Source of the DNA: Hyphochytrium catenoides
Taxonomy: Eukaryota; Protista; Hyphochytriomycota
Reading direction: 5' to 3'
DNA length: 35,759 nt
NCBI GenBank assembly: GCA_900088475.1
Contig: FLMG01002198.1
Coordinates: forward strand, 1-35,759
Shown here: piece after piece, positions 1 to 11,325 of the stretch
How positions within the stretch are numbered: position 1 is the first letter of the stretch
Layout of the letters: each line of letters opens with the position of its first letter
The notes under the pieces: generated by a model
What the model was told of the DNA's origin: nothing
The model's input: the letters and a program-made list of their open reading frames with translations, nothing else
Database searches by the model: none
Made by a program: the position numbers and the translations under genes

Positions 1-844
1 TGTGGTCTAAGGGGAAAATCTATTAATGAATATGATTAGTAGTAGCGGCGGCGCTCTGATAAGCCTAACCAAGAGGCCTTTCCTTATACCTACTGACCTC
101 TTCCCTACCTACCTTCTACCCCCACTCCCCTATTTCACCCTTTTAACTTCTCTACCCCTTTTCGCGATATCCATCCTCCGGACAAATATTGTTGGTGCTC
201 TTTCCCTCCTGGCAACAACTCCCGTCCTCATTAGCTTTCAAAACCTTGATAAAAGCTCCCTTTCTTAGCAACATTCAGCAGATAGACTTGCAGAGATTGC
301 CAAATGCTTTGAAGACTAGTGTGGAGCTGCAAGGAGTATCTGTTCCGGTTGCAATGTGTGCGGGGCCATGTTAGGTTAAAAAGATCCAAAGCAGCCGGAA
401 ACAGTCTTGTACTGCATTGAGTGTATGCCCTCAAACCAACTTGCAGGAAAGGTGCGTCTTTTGAATGACAAGCAGATCTCAGATCTCTCCACCTTCCTTC
501 AGCGCTACACCGTCTAGCCTTTGCCGTGCGTTCCACCTGGAGACTTGCGCCTTACTGTTATTCCAGGCTATAGTCTAGCAGGAAAGCAATTGCTGGACAA
601 GGCTATCAATGACTAGAGAATAAAGAGGAGACAGATCGAGCGTAGCCGTACTCAAGAACAGAACATAGTGGTTCAAACAAGTAGAAAATGGTGAGGAAAA
701 GAAAGGAGAAACGTGAAGAGAGAGAGAGAGGGATGGAAGAGAGGGCCCCATCATCAATTGTCCTTCTCTTCTATTCTTATTTTGATTTCTTTCTTCGTAT
801 AAAAAAACACACACAACCTTCCGTATTCTCCCTCTTTTAATAGA

Positions 845-1287
845 CGATAGAGGGACAAGAAGAGAAAGGCACCAAGGGAGCATCAGAAGGAGCGAGCAGA
901 ATAGAGGACCAGAGAAGAAGAGAGAGAGAGAGAAACGGAAGCAGAGCACTCCTGACTGTTATCGCTAGAAACGCAAGAAGTGCCTCAGCAAGACATGAAT
1001 GAGAACTTAGGGTTCTCTTGTCTTGAAACAGTTGACGAGAGCAGAGAAGAACACTACCGCACTCCCTCTTCCTAAGCAAGGAGCGCATCAGAAACTAGGA
1101 GCGAGAACGATAGAGGGACAGAGAGAGCAGAGAATAGATGGCCACTGTGTCTCCTGAGTGGTATCGCTAAAAGAGCAAGGAGTGCCTCAACGTGGAGAAG
1201 ATAGAAGATGTCCTCTTATCTTAAGGCTGTTGACGAGAGCGGAGAGAAACACTACCTTACTCTCTCTTCATAAGCGAGAGGAGCGTC
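845..1287. repeat. Diverged local direct duplication (copies ~845-1088 and ~1108-1287)
   Basis: Collinear shared blocks in both copies: ACGATAGAGGGACA, CTCCTGA.TG.TATCGCTA.AA, AGTGCCTCA, GTTGACGAGAGC.GAGA, AACACTACC..ACTC.CTCTTC.TAAGC, GGAGCG. Confidence 0.75.
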
Positions 1288-3373
1288 TGTGTTCCCTCGT
1301 CTCCCTCTGTTTCTTCGCTTCCTCCCTCATAGCTCTGTGGGTCTTTCCTTTGACTGCCTACCTCTTTCCATTCTTCTCTTTTCATATTTTTCTCCGTCTG
1401 GCTCCTTCATCCACTTCACTCGCTTCTGTTTCAATCTCCTCTCTCTTTCTCTCCCTCTCTCTCTCTCGCTCTTTCTGGTTCTTGCAGTGATTACGTTAGA
1501 GAAAAAGTGGGGTTCATGGCAAAGGCAACATACAGAAGGTAGGTTGGGTTTGTTTCTATTCGCTCTCCTTTGTCCGACGCCCGCTGGAGAGGACAGAGCT
1601 CCTTCTTCCGCCGTCCCAATTATCTGCTTGCAGAATTCCTGCCGAAGATGTCTCCGCGAAGCTTTCCTCCCTCCTTTCGTCCCCCTTATTCTTCTCGGAT
1701 GCAAGGGCATTGACCGAAGAGGGTAATAAGCTCCAGTCAAATTTTTTGATGAAAAAAGAGAGGACGCAGAATTGAGGGATAGCATGAAAAGCAGGGCACT
1801 ATAGCTATACGAGCTGGAGTATAAAGCAATCATCAGTTCAGGGAGGAAGAGGTTCTCGGAAAGACATCACCTCGTTGCTTCGAAAGCAGTGTAAAGAAAG
1901 AGACTCGAAAACGCGGGAAGTAATACGTTGGGACCAACGGTAGGTACGACGAAATACTTAATATGCCTATCAGACATCGTCAACATAGTATCTGCCCATA
2001 ACGCCGGAAGAGCTGCTCCCTCCGTGCCCCTTGGCTACGTAAACCTGATCGTTTATCTTCCTGTCGCTACCGCTTTCCTTCCCCTCAGCTTTTCAACTTG
2101 CAACAGGTTCCTAGTTGCAGAGCTTTCTGTTTGCTGATCTCGTTCTTCAGTCTCTAAATCTGACCATGAAATTATTTCACGCGACTCTTGATCACCTGAG
2201 TAACGCTAGTCAGAGATAAACTTTACTAACGACAATGTAGATTGCAGATGAGGCTGAGAGTTGTGCTCTTTCAGAAATGGAGGAGACTAAGGAATGCTAA
2301 TAGCACTAGGAGCCTGTACATAGGAGAGCAAACAAAACGATATATCGGAAGCCGCTGCAGAGAGAAATGATGAGGTTAGAGGCGAATATTGAAGTTAGGT
2401 ACGCTTGGGAGTTTAGCTGGGAAAGGGTGGAAAAGTAGGCTAGAATAAAGAAGAAGGCTGCGACTTAAAATTGGGTGCCAGCACCACAGAGAGAGAAGAG
2501 GTCCATAAATTGAAGATTCGTTCTTGGAGAGTATAAGATTAAGATAGATGGAGAAATTGTTTAGAGGGACAAAGGACAGAGTGAGAGCATGAGAGAGACG
2601 CTAGGAAGAGAGGGAATGCTTGGAGCAAGAAGTGGAAAATAAATATTAATGAAAAAGGAGGCGCTACGTCATGTATGTATGGTACGTATATGGGGAGAAA
2701 GAGAGAGAGAGACAGAGAGAGAGAGACGCACACAGAGAGAGAGAAAGAGAGAAAGAGAGAGAAGTGAGGAACAAGCGAAGAAGAGTGATGGAGGGGAGAG
2801 GTTGGATAAGGTGGGAGCAAAGGAAAGAGGTGGCAAGTAGAAGTTGGTGAGTTTATCTAAGCGGCGACTAGGGCTCACGGAAAGACGGAAGAGGTAGAGT
2901 ATGCTAAGTTATAGGACAGAAAGCTTGCCGGGAACGAAGAGGGAAACAAAGAGCTGTCTAGCCATTGAGGCAAGAGAGAACAGAATAAGAAGGGTTTTGA
3001 GACTAGGAGAGGGCAAGATGAGGTAAGACGCAGATGGGAAACTCAACCCGCCGTCTTTCATATAGGTCTACGTAGCCAACATAAGTACCAGCTAGGTGCC
3101 AGTAATGGTGCCTGCCATAGGTGCCAGTTTAGGTGCCACCCGAGGAGGCAGCCTCGCTCTGCCCCCTAGGTACCAGTTAGCAGGAACCTGGAATCCAGCC
3201 TAAGGAGCCGCCTATATATATTTACCAGCTCTGTCAAGCACGTACTGATGCAAGTCACAGGTCGCACTACTCTAGCTTCTAGCCTATCAGGAGGCGTCGG
3301 ATGAGGCACCAACCTAGTAGGTACCAACTCAGTGTTGGCCCCGATACCAGCTTGAAAGTGCCAGCCTAATTGC

Positions 3374-3818
3374 TGTTGAGAACCCTTTTTCTTCAGGGGT
3401 CTCTATAGCAAGGAATATTATTCTTCTTGATTCCTTGTCCTACTTTCTTTCTCATCAATTCTCTAGAAATTTGTTCTGGCTTCTTGAATATTTTTCTCTT
3501 TCCGACTTTACTTCTTCCCTTCCTTCTGGCCACCAATTTATTGCCGATTCTCTTGTCTGAGACGATTGATCCCTTGGTGACCATTCGATCACTTTCAAAC
3601 ACTCTCTACTCTCTCCCGCTGCTAAGAGCATTCCTCTCTGCTTTCTCTCTTGCATGTCATTCTTACAGCTTTGCATANNNNNNNNNNNNNNNNNNNNNNN
3701 NNNNNNNNNNNNNNNNNNNNNNNNNNNNNNNNNNNNNNNNGCTCTGCTCGAGCTCATAATCTTCATTTAATCTCATTCTGCTATTTGCACCATAACAACG
3801 AAGAGCTTCCAACCAACA
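3374..3818 (+). mobile_element. Solo-LTR-like dispersed repeat, copy 1 (contains an N gap)
   Basis: Begins TGTTGAG and ends CCAACA (5-bp terminal inverted repeat TGTTG/CAACA, typical of LTR ends). Closely matches the reverse complement of 7673-8092. No clean target-site duplication is seen. Strand assignment is arbitrary. Confidence 0.6.
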
Positions 3819-6800
3819 CTGCCATCTCATCAATTGCCCGTTATGGTGCCATTGTTTGTCACAGCAGCCTTCATGCCAGCCTTATGCGCCGGCTGTAGGA
3901 GGTGGCGGCGTAGGTGCTCGGATGGGTGCCAACCTAGGTACTACTCTTACTGATGGTTTCGACGCATGAGTAGCATTGGTATCAGTCTAAAACCAGCCTT
4001 AGGAATCACACATATACATTACTTTAGATCACTAAACCCGACGATGAGCAGCCTAGGTGCCATAACCTTGCACGCGAGCGCTACTCATTAGCTATTGTTC
4101 CAGCTTATATGTCAGTCTTCGTTGCCAGCCTAATGACAGAGGAGATAAGGAGTCCGAGGTACACCTAGGTGCCAGTCAAAAGGTGCTATTCGAGAGGCCA
4201 TCCTAAGTCCCATCCTTAGGCTAGATGATATTCTGTTTCACCAAGTTAGGTGAAAGCCTAGTAGGTGCCAACCTGAGTTGCCATCAGAGTTGTCATGTTA
4301 AGATCTGACCTGCTAGTTTTTTTGTGCCAGTCTACGTCGTGCCAGGATGCAATCTTAATTTACCTGGCTAAACGCCATCCAATATTACTGCCCTCATCCT
4401 CTTGGTGGAACACTAGGTGGCCGATATGATTGCCAGCTTAGTCAATTCGGTTACAAGGTGCTAGTAGCGTAGGTGCCACCATAGGTCCCAGCTTTAGAAA
4501 TAGCCTTTATCCGCCTTAGAAACCAACGACGGCGTCAGTCTCAGACTTGATAACCTAGCTGCCATCCTAGGAGCCTTCCTGGCAGCCGCCAGCTCTATAC
4601 CGAAATAAAGTGCAACCCAATAGGCCACCTGAGTAGGTCCACGCCTGATAAGGATTGTAACCCACGAGAAAAGGAAGGCCTTCCTGGGGTCCGTTGGCCT
4701 GATAGCTTGACAGACCACACCGCGATGAAGGCAAACAGGCAGAAGAAGACTGTCGCGAAAACTATTCAAAGCGACTTTCCTCCAAAGAGAGTGCTTTACG
4801 TAGATAATTAGCGAATCCTATGAACAGCAAGGGCAATCTGATTGAGAAAGGAAAAAGAGAAGAAAGAAGGCATAAGGGGTGAAGAGAAAGAGTAGGCCGC
4901 AAGACTCTCGAGGCAGTAGAGAGAAACGAGAAGAGGAAGGAAAAGGGTCCAGTCGGTGCTGACTGCAAGTGCCGGGATATATCCTCCCGCGCTTGGCATC
5001 TGCCTTTTAGTCTTGAGTTCTGTCTCCGGTATGCCTGCCAGTTGATACTTTCTATGGCCAAGTGTGCACCAGAGATGGACGAACGACGACTATACTAGCA
5101 AGTACCACACACAGATTAGCTAGGTGCCAGGTGTCCTGAGAAAGCCTGTCTAACCTTCTCTATTAGCATAAGTACCAGCCTGCTGTGTGGTCGACTGGAG
5201 CCAGGCTCGGCTGGAGTCGGACTAGGTGCCAGCTTCTATAGCAACCGGAGGGTGCCAGTCTAATACTGCTGAAGTTCGGACTTTGTACTACTGGAAGTCT
5301 GTCGCGCGCTTTCGCTGCACTAGGCCGTGCTGCTTATCTGCGCCACACCTTGCAGATGGAAGGTCTGATGGCGCTCCGAACTTCTTCGCTGGACACAAGG
5401 ACCGAAGCTCTTGGAGGCCTTCCTTCCTTCACGTTTCTTCTCCAAAGATCCTGCTTCTTCTCTCCCTTACTACTTCTACCTTACTTACCGTGTGTTGCAC
5501 TCTTATCTAAGGACTTAAGGGTGTAAGAGGTAGCTCATCAGTGGTGATAGCTCATAGGTAGAAACTTTGGTACTTTAACTATAAGAACTCTAGCCAAGAG
5601 CTTCATGAGCACTTGTCAGTTGATCAATTCATTCATACATCATTCTCCTACGAAGAGTAGAATCCAGCACTGCCTCTCCATCAGCACGCAACTAAAAAGT
5701 TTCAGCTCAGGTACCAGCGCAGCTTAGGTGCCAGTCTACGTCCCCGCTTAGTGTCAGCCTTCTGTGACGCGAATTCTATCTGATCCCGCTTGGTGCCAGC
5801 GATGGTTACTGCCTTGGTCCGAGCCTAGCTTCCCAGTCTCAGAGCCAGCAGTACGATCCAGCCTAGGTACCAGCCTTTGGGGGATTGTCATAACATCACA
5901 ATAGACAAAAAAGGAACATTGTCATCCGCAAATATGTAGGGCATTCTGGTGCGTAATAAGAGATGGAGATCCTTGCTCTTTCTCGATAAGCTTGGACCAG
6001 CACCGCTTCGGTCGGACGCAATCAAGCCCAGAAGCATGAGCACTGACGCTCTTTATACAGGCGGTACCATGCTCCAGCTTCAACACGAAGAGTCGTGTAC
6101 TTCCAACAGTAAGTAGTTGTTCAAGTAGAGTTGTTCACAAGCACCTTAGCCTTCCTTATCATACAGTTGGTGTCATCATGGTGCTAGCATATTAGCGCAC
6201 GTGTTTGTGTCAGTCCTCCCACTTTATGTAGCAATCTTTACAGAAAGTAGCGGCATCGTTTCTTCTTTCAAAGGGCAAGTAGTGTCGGTCTAAAGCAGCA
6301 TTGTTGGTCGGCTAAAAAAACAAGGGCTAGACACGTTAGTATAGGCTGATTTTACCTTGCGGTCGCATGGGCAAGACCAGACACAGAAGGCTGGCCTCGC
6401 ACCACTGCAAAGCGTGGTAATGTCTACAATCACGTGCTAACTCAAATCTATTGAGATCTGTAGTAGGTAACATGGCACCAGCTAGGAGCACCATTGATTT
6501 GTAAGGACAGACAAAGGGCAAGAGGAGGCAGAAAGTATTCCTCCCGTACAGGTAAGACAAAGGTGAGGATAGGAGCTCAGTGGTTGGCCGTAAGCTTTAT
6601 CTTCAAAATGAATACTGGCCTCGCCTAGGCATCCTCCAACCTTGTGCAATTGTTGTTGCCTCCAGCCTGCTGTCAACCTTTGGTGGTGCCAGATTATGGG
6701 CCAGGATAAGTGCCAACATAAGTGCCAAACAACATAGGTGCTAGCCTACGTTCCAGCCTTAATAGAGTATGTGCCAATACTTTAGGTGTTAGTCTAGGTA

Positions 6801-7672
6801 TCAAGCGGAGGTACTAGTAGCCGATGTATCAGCGTAGGCGTCAGGCTAGGTACCGCCATTGAAAGTAGTATTATACGTGACAATCTCAAATGACATCCTC
6901 CTAGATACGTGGCGTAGGTGTTAGGTTAACCGGCAGTGTTGATTGTCAGCCTACAACCTAGGTGTCCTCCTTCATGCCAGCCAGATTGCCTTGGTGCCGG
7001 TAGAACCCAAGCAATCTTGGCGTCGGCCCTACGTGCCAACGTAGGTGCCAATCTGGGTAATTTCTCGTCGTTCTAGTAGTCTACAGTGCTAGGTTAGGCG
7101 CAAAAAACTCTTCGTGCTAGCCTAGGTGCCATAAATCTCCTCCTTAGCGCTAGCCGTGATGGCCATAAGAAGTGCACCTTTAGGTACCAGTTTAGATACC
7201 ACCCTATGACGACGTACGCGCCTAGCTCCAGCAATTTAAAGTTGGCAGCCTTATTACATGGCAGCCTAGGTTGCAAAAGGCCATTGTAGGTGCCAACCTG
7301 GGTGCGTCTGGAGATGTTTTTGATGCCACTCTTGCTGCCAGCCTGGCTTGAAGCGTAAGCCTCAATCTCGATACCAGAGTAGAAGCTACGAGCCTACTAG
7401 AAGCCGGATTGGTCGATTTAGCCTGGTGGCAGCCGTAGTTGCCCACTTAGATGCCACCCAGACGTGTCCAACAGCTTAGATCTCAACCTTACTTGGCCTC
7501 CTTAGGTAAGCCCTGAGTAGGTGACCTAGGTGATTAATTCTATGTGCCAGTCTTAGCGCTGGACTTTGGGCCAGCATAATATATTTATAGTACCAGGATT
7601 AGTGGTGATCCATCCTCACCCTGCCTTGGTGTCAGCCCAAGTACCACCCTTAAGATCCCCCCCCCCCGGCAG

Positions 7673-8092
7673 AGTTGGTTGGAAGCTCTTCTTCATTGTG
7701 GTGCAAATAGCAGAATGAGATTAATGAAGATTATGAGCTCGAGCAGAGCTCAATGAACTAATGATCCCTTAGTTCTATAAAGCCTAAGTATGCAACGCTA
7801 TGAGAATGACATGCAAGAGAGAAAGCAGAGAGGAACACTCTTAGCAACGGGAGAGAGTAGAGAGTGTTTGGAAATGATTGAATGGTCACCAAGGTATTTA
7901 TCATCTCCAGACAAGAGAATCGGCAATAAATTGGTGGCTAGAAGGAAGGGAAGAAGTAAAGTCGGAAAGAGAAAAATGTTCAAGAAGCAAGAACAAATTT
8001 CTAGAGAAATTATTAGAAAGAAAGTAGAACAAGGAATCAAGAACAAGAATATTCCTTGCTATAGAGACCCCTGAAGAAAAGGGTTCTCAACA
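7673..8092 (-). mobile_element. Solo-LTR-like dispersed repeat, copy 2 (420 bp, inverted relative to copy 1)
   Basis: Reverse complement reads TGTTGAGAACCCTTTTCTTCAGGGGTCTCTATAGCAAGGAATATT...GAAGAGCTTCCAACCAACT, matching 3374-3818 with scattered substitutions and indels. Confidence 0.6.
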
Positions 8093-11000
8093 CTTACTTA
8101 ACACTAAGCAGCAGGTAGCAGCTTAAAAGATGCCAGCCCTTGAAACACTGTGGCGGGGGCTCGAACAACCTGGTGGACACCTACGATACGGGTGACACCA
8201 GTGTTAAGAACCAACCGGCACCAAGGATGACATCAGTGGCGGTCGAGATACCTAGACTGGTATCTACCTTTACGAGCTTCAGTTGTCAGTGTGATTGAGG
8301 CAGTAGATGCCAGCTAGCTATCGACCCCCTCGATGTCACCCTTGTTGCCGGCTTTGGAGACCACCAGGTTGTTCTACCTTACTTGTTGTCAGCCAAGGTA
8401 TAGCCCGGCGTTTGTTCCAGCAAGAAACCAGCTTATTGGTCAATAATCTACCTGCGTGCGCAGATGTCAGCCTAGGTGTCAGTCTCGTAGCAGCCTATTT
8501 GCCGCGGTACTTTGGTCCCAGACGTTAGGACTAGCCTAGCTAGTAGGTACCATTAGCACTGGTCGTTGACCATAGTCCTTCAGCAACGCCAGCCTGGCTG
8601 TCAGCCCTAGAGGTCAGCGTCAACCTAGTTGCCGGAGGAGCTGCCAGAAAGGTTCTACGCTTAGACCAGTCTACTACTTGTACCCCGCATTAATGATTGA
8701 CGCTAACCTTAAGCAAGACCAGCCTAGATGTCCGCTTAGGTATCAGCACTTCCTGCCGCACCCCCCAGACGGACACCAGCTGAGTAGTGTTAACCGAAAG
8801 GGACCAATTTCTGGCAAGGTAGAAGTTAGCCCTGCATGCTGCCAGGAGGAATATGCGCTTCAGTTTTGATGCAATTCTTCTCTTCAGCGGTTGGACCCTT
8901 TCGCCTGCTTGCATGGTGTTTGGAATGAAGGATGATATGGAAGAAGGGCTGAAAAAGAGCGAGCGAGACGGAGAACAGGGGAAGAGGAGGACTACTCAAG
9001 AGGTGCATGCAGAAGGGATCGAACAGACCACCGTAAAGGGTCTTAGAGCAAGAAAAAGAAGAAGAAACACAAGTCGGACATGGACAAGCACGACGAGAAC
9101 ATGCAAGAGCTCACAGGCTACGTATGAGCCTCCGACGAAGTGAAAGTGAGAGAAAGCAAGACTTGACCTAGAGCTAACTACCAGAGACCACCAGAAATAG
9201 AGCAAGAGTAATAAACGGTAGTAAATGAAAGAAAGCGCGGAATGCATGGTAAGGTGAGAAGTAGATCCGAGCGAGAGAGAGACAAAGACATTCTTGAGAG
9301 AGAGAGAGTGAGAAGAGAGAGACATCTAAGAAAGAGAGACATTTGGTGGGAGCTGGTGACGCGCATAGGCGAGGTTCAGTTACAGCTCTCAAGAGAGTAG
9401 AAAGAGACTAGACAGATCAGAAGAGGACTGTGAGCCAGAAAAAGAGGCAGCAGCAGCAAAAAAAGAGAGACAGAAGGATGTAGTGGAAAGCAACGAGAGC
9501 GAAGGGGAAAGGGGCGAGAAAATAGAGACAGACAGAGACCTGGTACAATTGATGATAGTTTTGTTAGCCCGTCCGAGATATGAGGACGCTAACATCATCG
9601 AGGCTAAAGAAAGAAAACAGAGCTATCTGTCTTCTCACTTCCTCTCTCTCTCTCCTTCTTACCTATGTATGTACCTCATCTCAATCTTGTGTCTCTCTTC
9701 TGCGCTCTTGCCGGCTTCGTCGCCCTCTCATATTTCCTCATGTGTCTATCTCGTTTGGACTATACTTCATTTTGTTATCGACTCTGCTCTCTGTTGAACC
9801 TCTTTGCTTCCAAGAACACAGCGCTTCACTTATATCGGGTCATCAAATGTGACCTCCCTCGTTGTCTCTATCTTCACTCTACCTGAAATCGATCCCCCAA
9901 GAGTGAGCAGTAAGGTTGTGACATGATCTATCGTCCTTGACTCTATGTCACGCTACCATAGAAAGGGACAGAGCGAAGTTAAACATAGTACGCCTTCGAT
10001 GCTATTTTGACGGCGGTATTGGGAGCAAAGCAGCGAGAGAGAGAGAATTGAGGAAGCCATGCCTGTATGAGGAGGAAAAGAATCAGAGAGGGTTAGCGAG
10101 ACTACTAGGAGAGAGACTGCAGAGAAGACGGAGTAGTGACCGAGCGATAACAACAGAAGAAGAGGAGAAAAGTGAGAGTGTGCATGTGTGAGAGAGAAGG
10201 AGACAAACAGACAAGCAGCAAGAGAGAAGAGGGGTAGGCGACAGGGACAAGAGTCAGCAGTCCAGTTTGCGCTACGGTGCCGGCGACAGGAAGCAAAAGA
10301 GCACTCAACCATCACAAGAGATTACGATGAAAGACGAAAGATGTTCGGAGACAAAGTGTCCCCGAGATACACGGGAGAATGATAAAAGGGATGAAGGAAA
10401 AGGACGGCGAGGGCGGGCGAGGAGGGGGAGCGAGCGTCAGAAGACTGAGGCTACAGAAAGGAAGAAATGGGCTAGCAGCGGGAGAGGAAAGAGGCGACAG
10501 GCATTTCTTTTGGAAGGGATCCTCACCGCCTTTAAAGCTAGTTTCCCTTGTTGGCACCCAAGTAGAGCATTACCAACACTGCTGGAAAGGGGAAGGGAGA
10601 GCAAAACTCATTAGGAGGAGACCGAAGGCACAAAGAAAAAGAGAGAGAGAAGGCAAGTTTAAAGCAGGAACAAGATGAGAAAGGGGGAGGAGAGAAAATT
10701 TAGAGAGAGCAGATAACAAGTAGAGGGCAAACCGACGGGAATGGGAGACAAGAGCAAGGAGAGAGGAAGAGAAACTGATGCCCACCACCACTTTTGAATG
10801 GACTACTAAGGGTCAAATTCCTATCGAGCGAGCGAAGAAAAAAGAAGTGATGCCATCGTTCCTCGCCCAACCTACTTGGGCATCAGGAAGAGCTAGGAAA
10901 AGGTAAGGGTTGATCCGCAACATGTTTTCCCCACGACGACGACGCCGAAGGTTTTGCACGTCTATTCTCCTGTCTACCCGCGTACGAGTTTCATGATGCA

Positions 11001-11325
11001 GATGGTGAAGAGGGACTCGCGCTTAGCCAAGGATGTGATAACGACATGAGTGGATGGTAGGAGAGACGGCAAACTTGAGCGGCCGGACCCTGAATACCTA
11101 TAGCTTAGCAGCAGAATCATAGGCAGTCCTAAAGCAAGGAGATCGAAGGAAATGCCATCAATGGCAAAGATAGCCATTCTTAATATTATTCTTTAGCAAA
11201 AAGAGCAAAGTGACATCCACTTACACCCAGCACTATTCATTTCATACCTCCCAATGTCTGTCTTAGGCGCTCGCTACCTTGGAGGCCTTCAGTGTCTCTC
11301 TTTCCCGCAGCAGTACACAGCAGCA

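Larger units (their letters stand above)
3080..8830 (+). repeat. Highly degenerate ~12-bp satellite field, consensus about TAGGTGCCAGCC
   Basis: Dozens of same-strand variants (taggtgccagt, taggtgccacc, taggtaccagc, taggtgccaacc, cctaggtgtcagt, taagtgccaaca), often 12 nt apart (e.g. 3118-3141, 6707-6750, 7120-7280). No long ORFs. Boundaries are approximate. Confidence 0.75.

Noticed and set aside
3393-8074. ORFs within the inverted repeat copies (e.g. 3427-3759, 7790-8074)
   Set aside because: Reading frames differ between the two copies owing to indels, and no transposase, gag or pol motifs are present.
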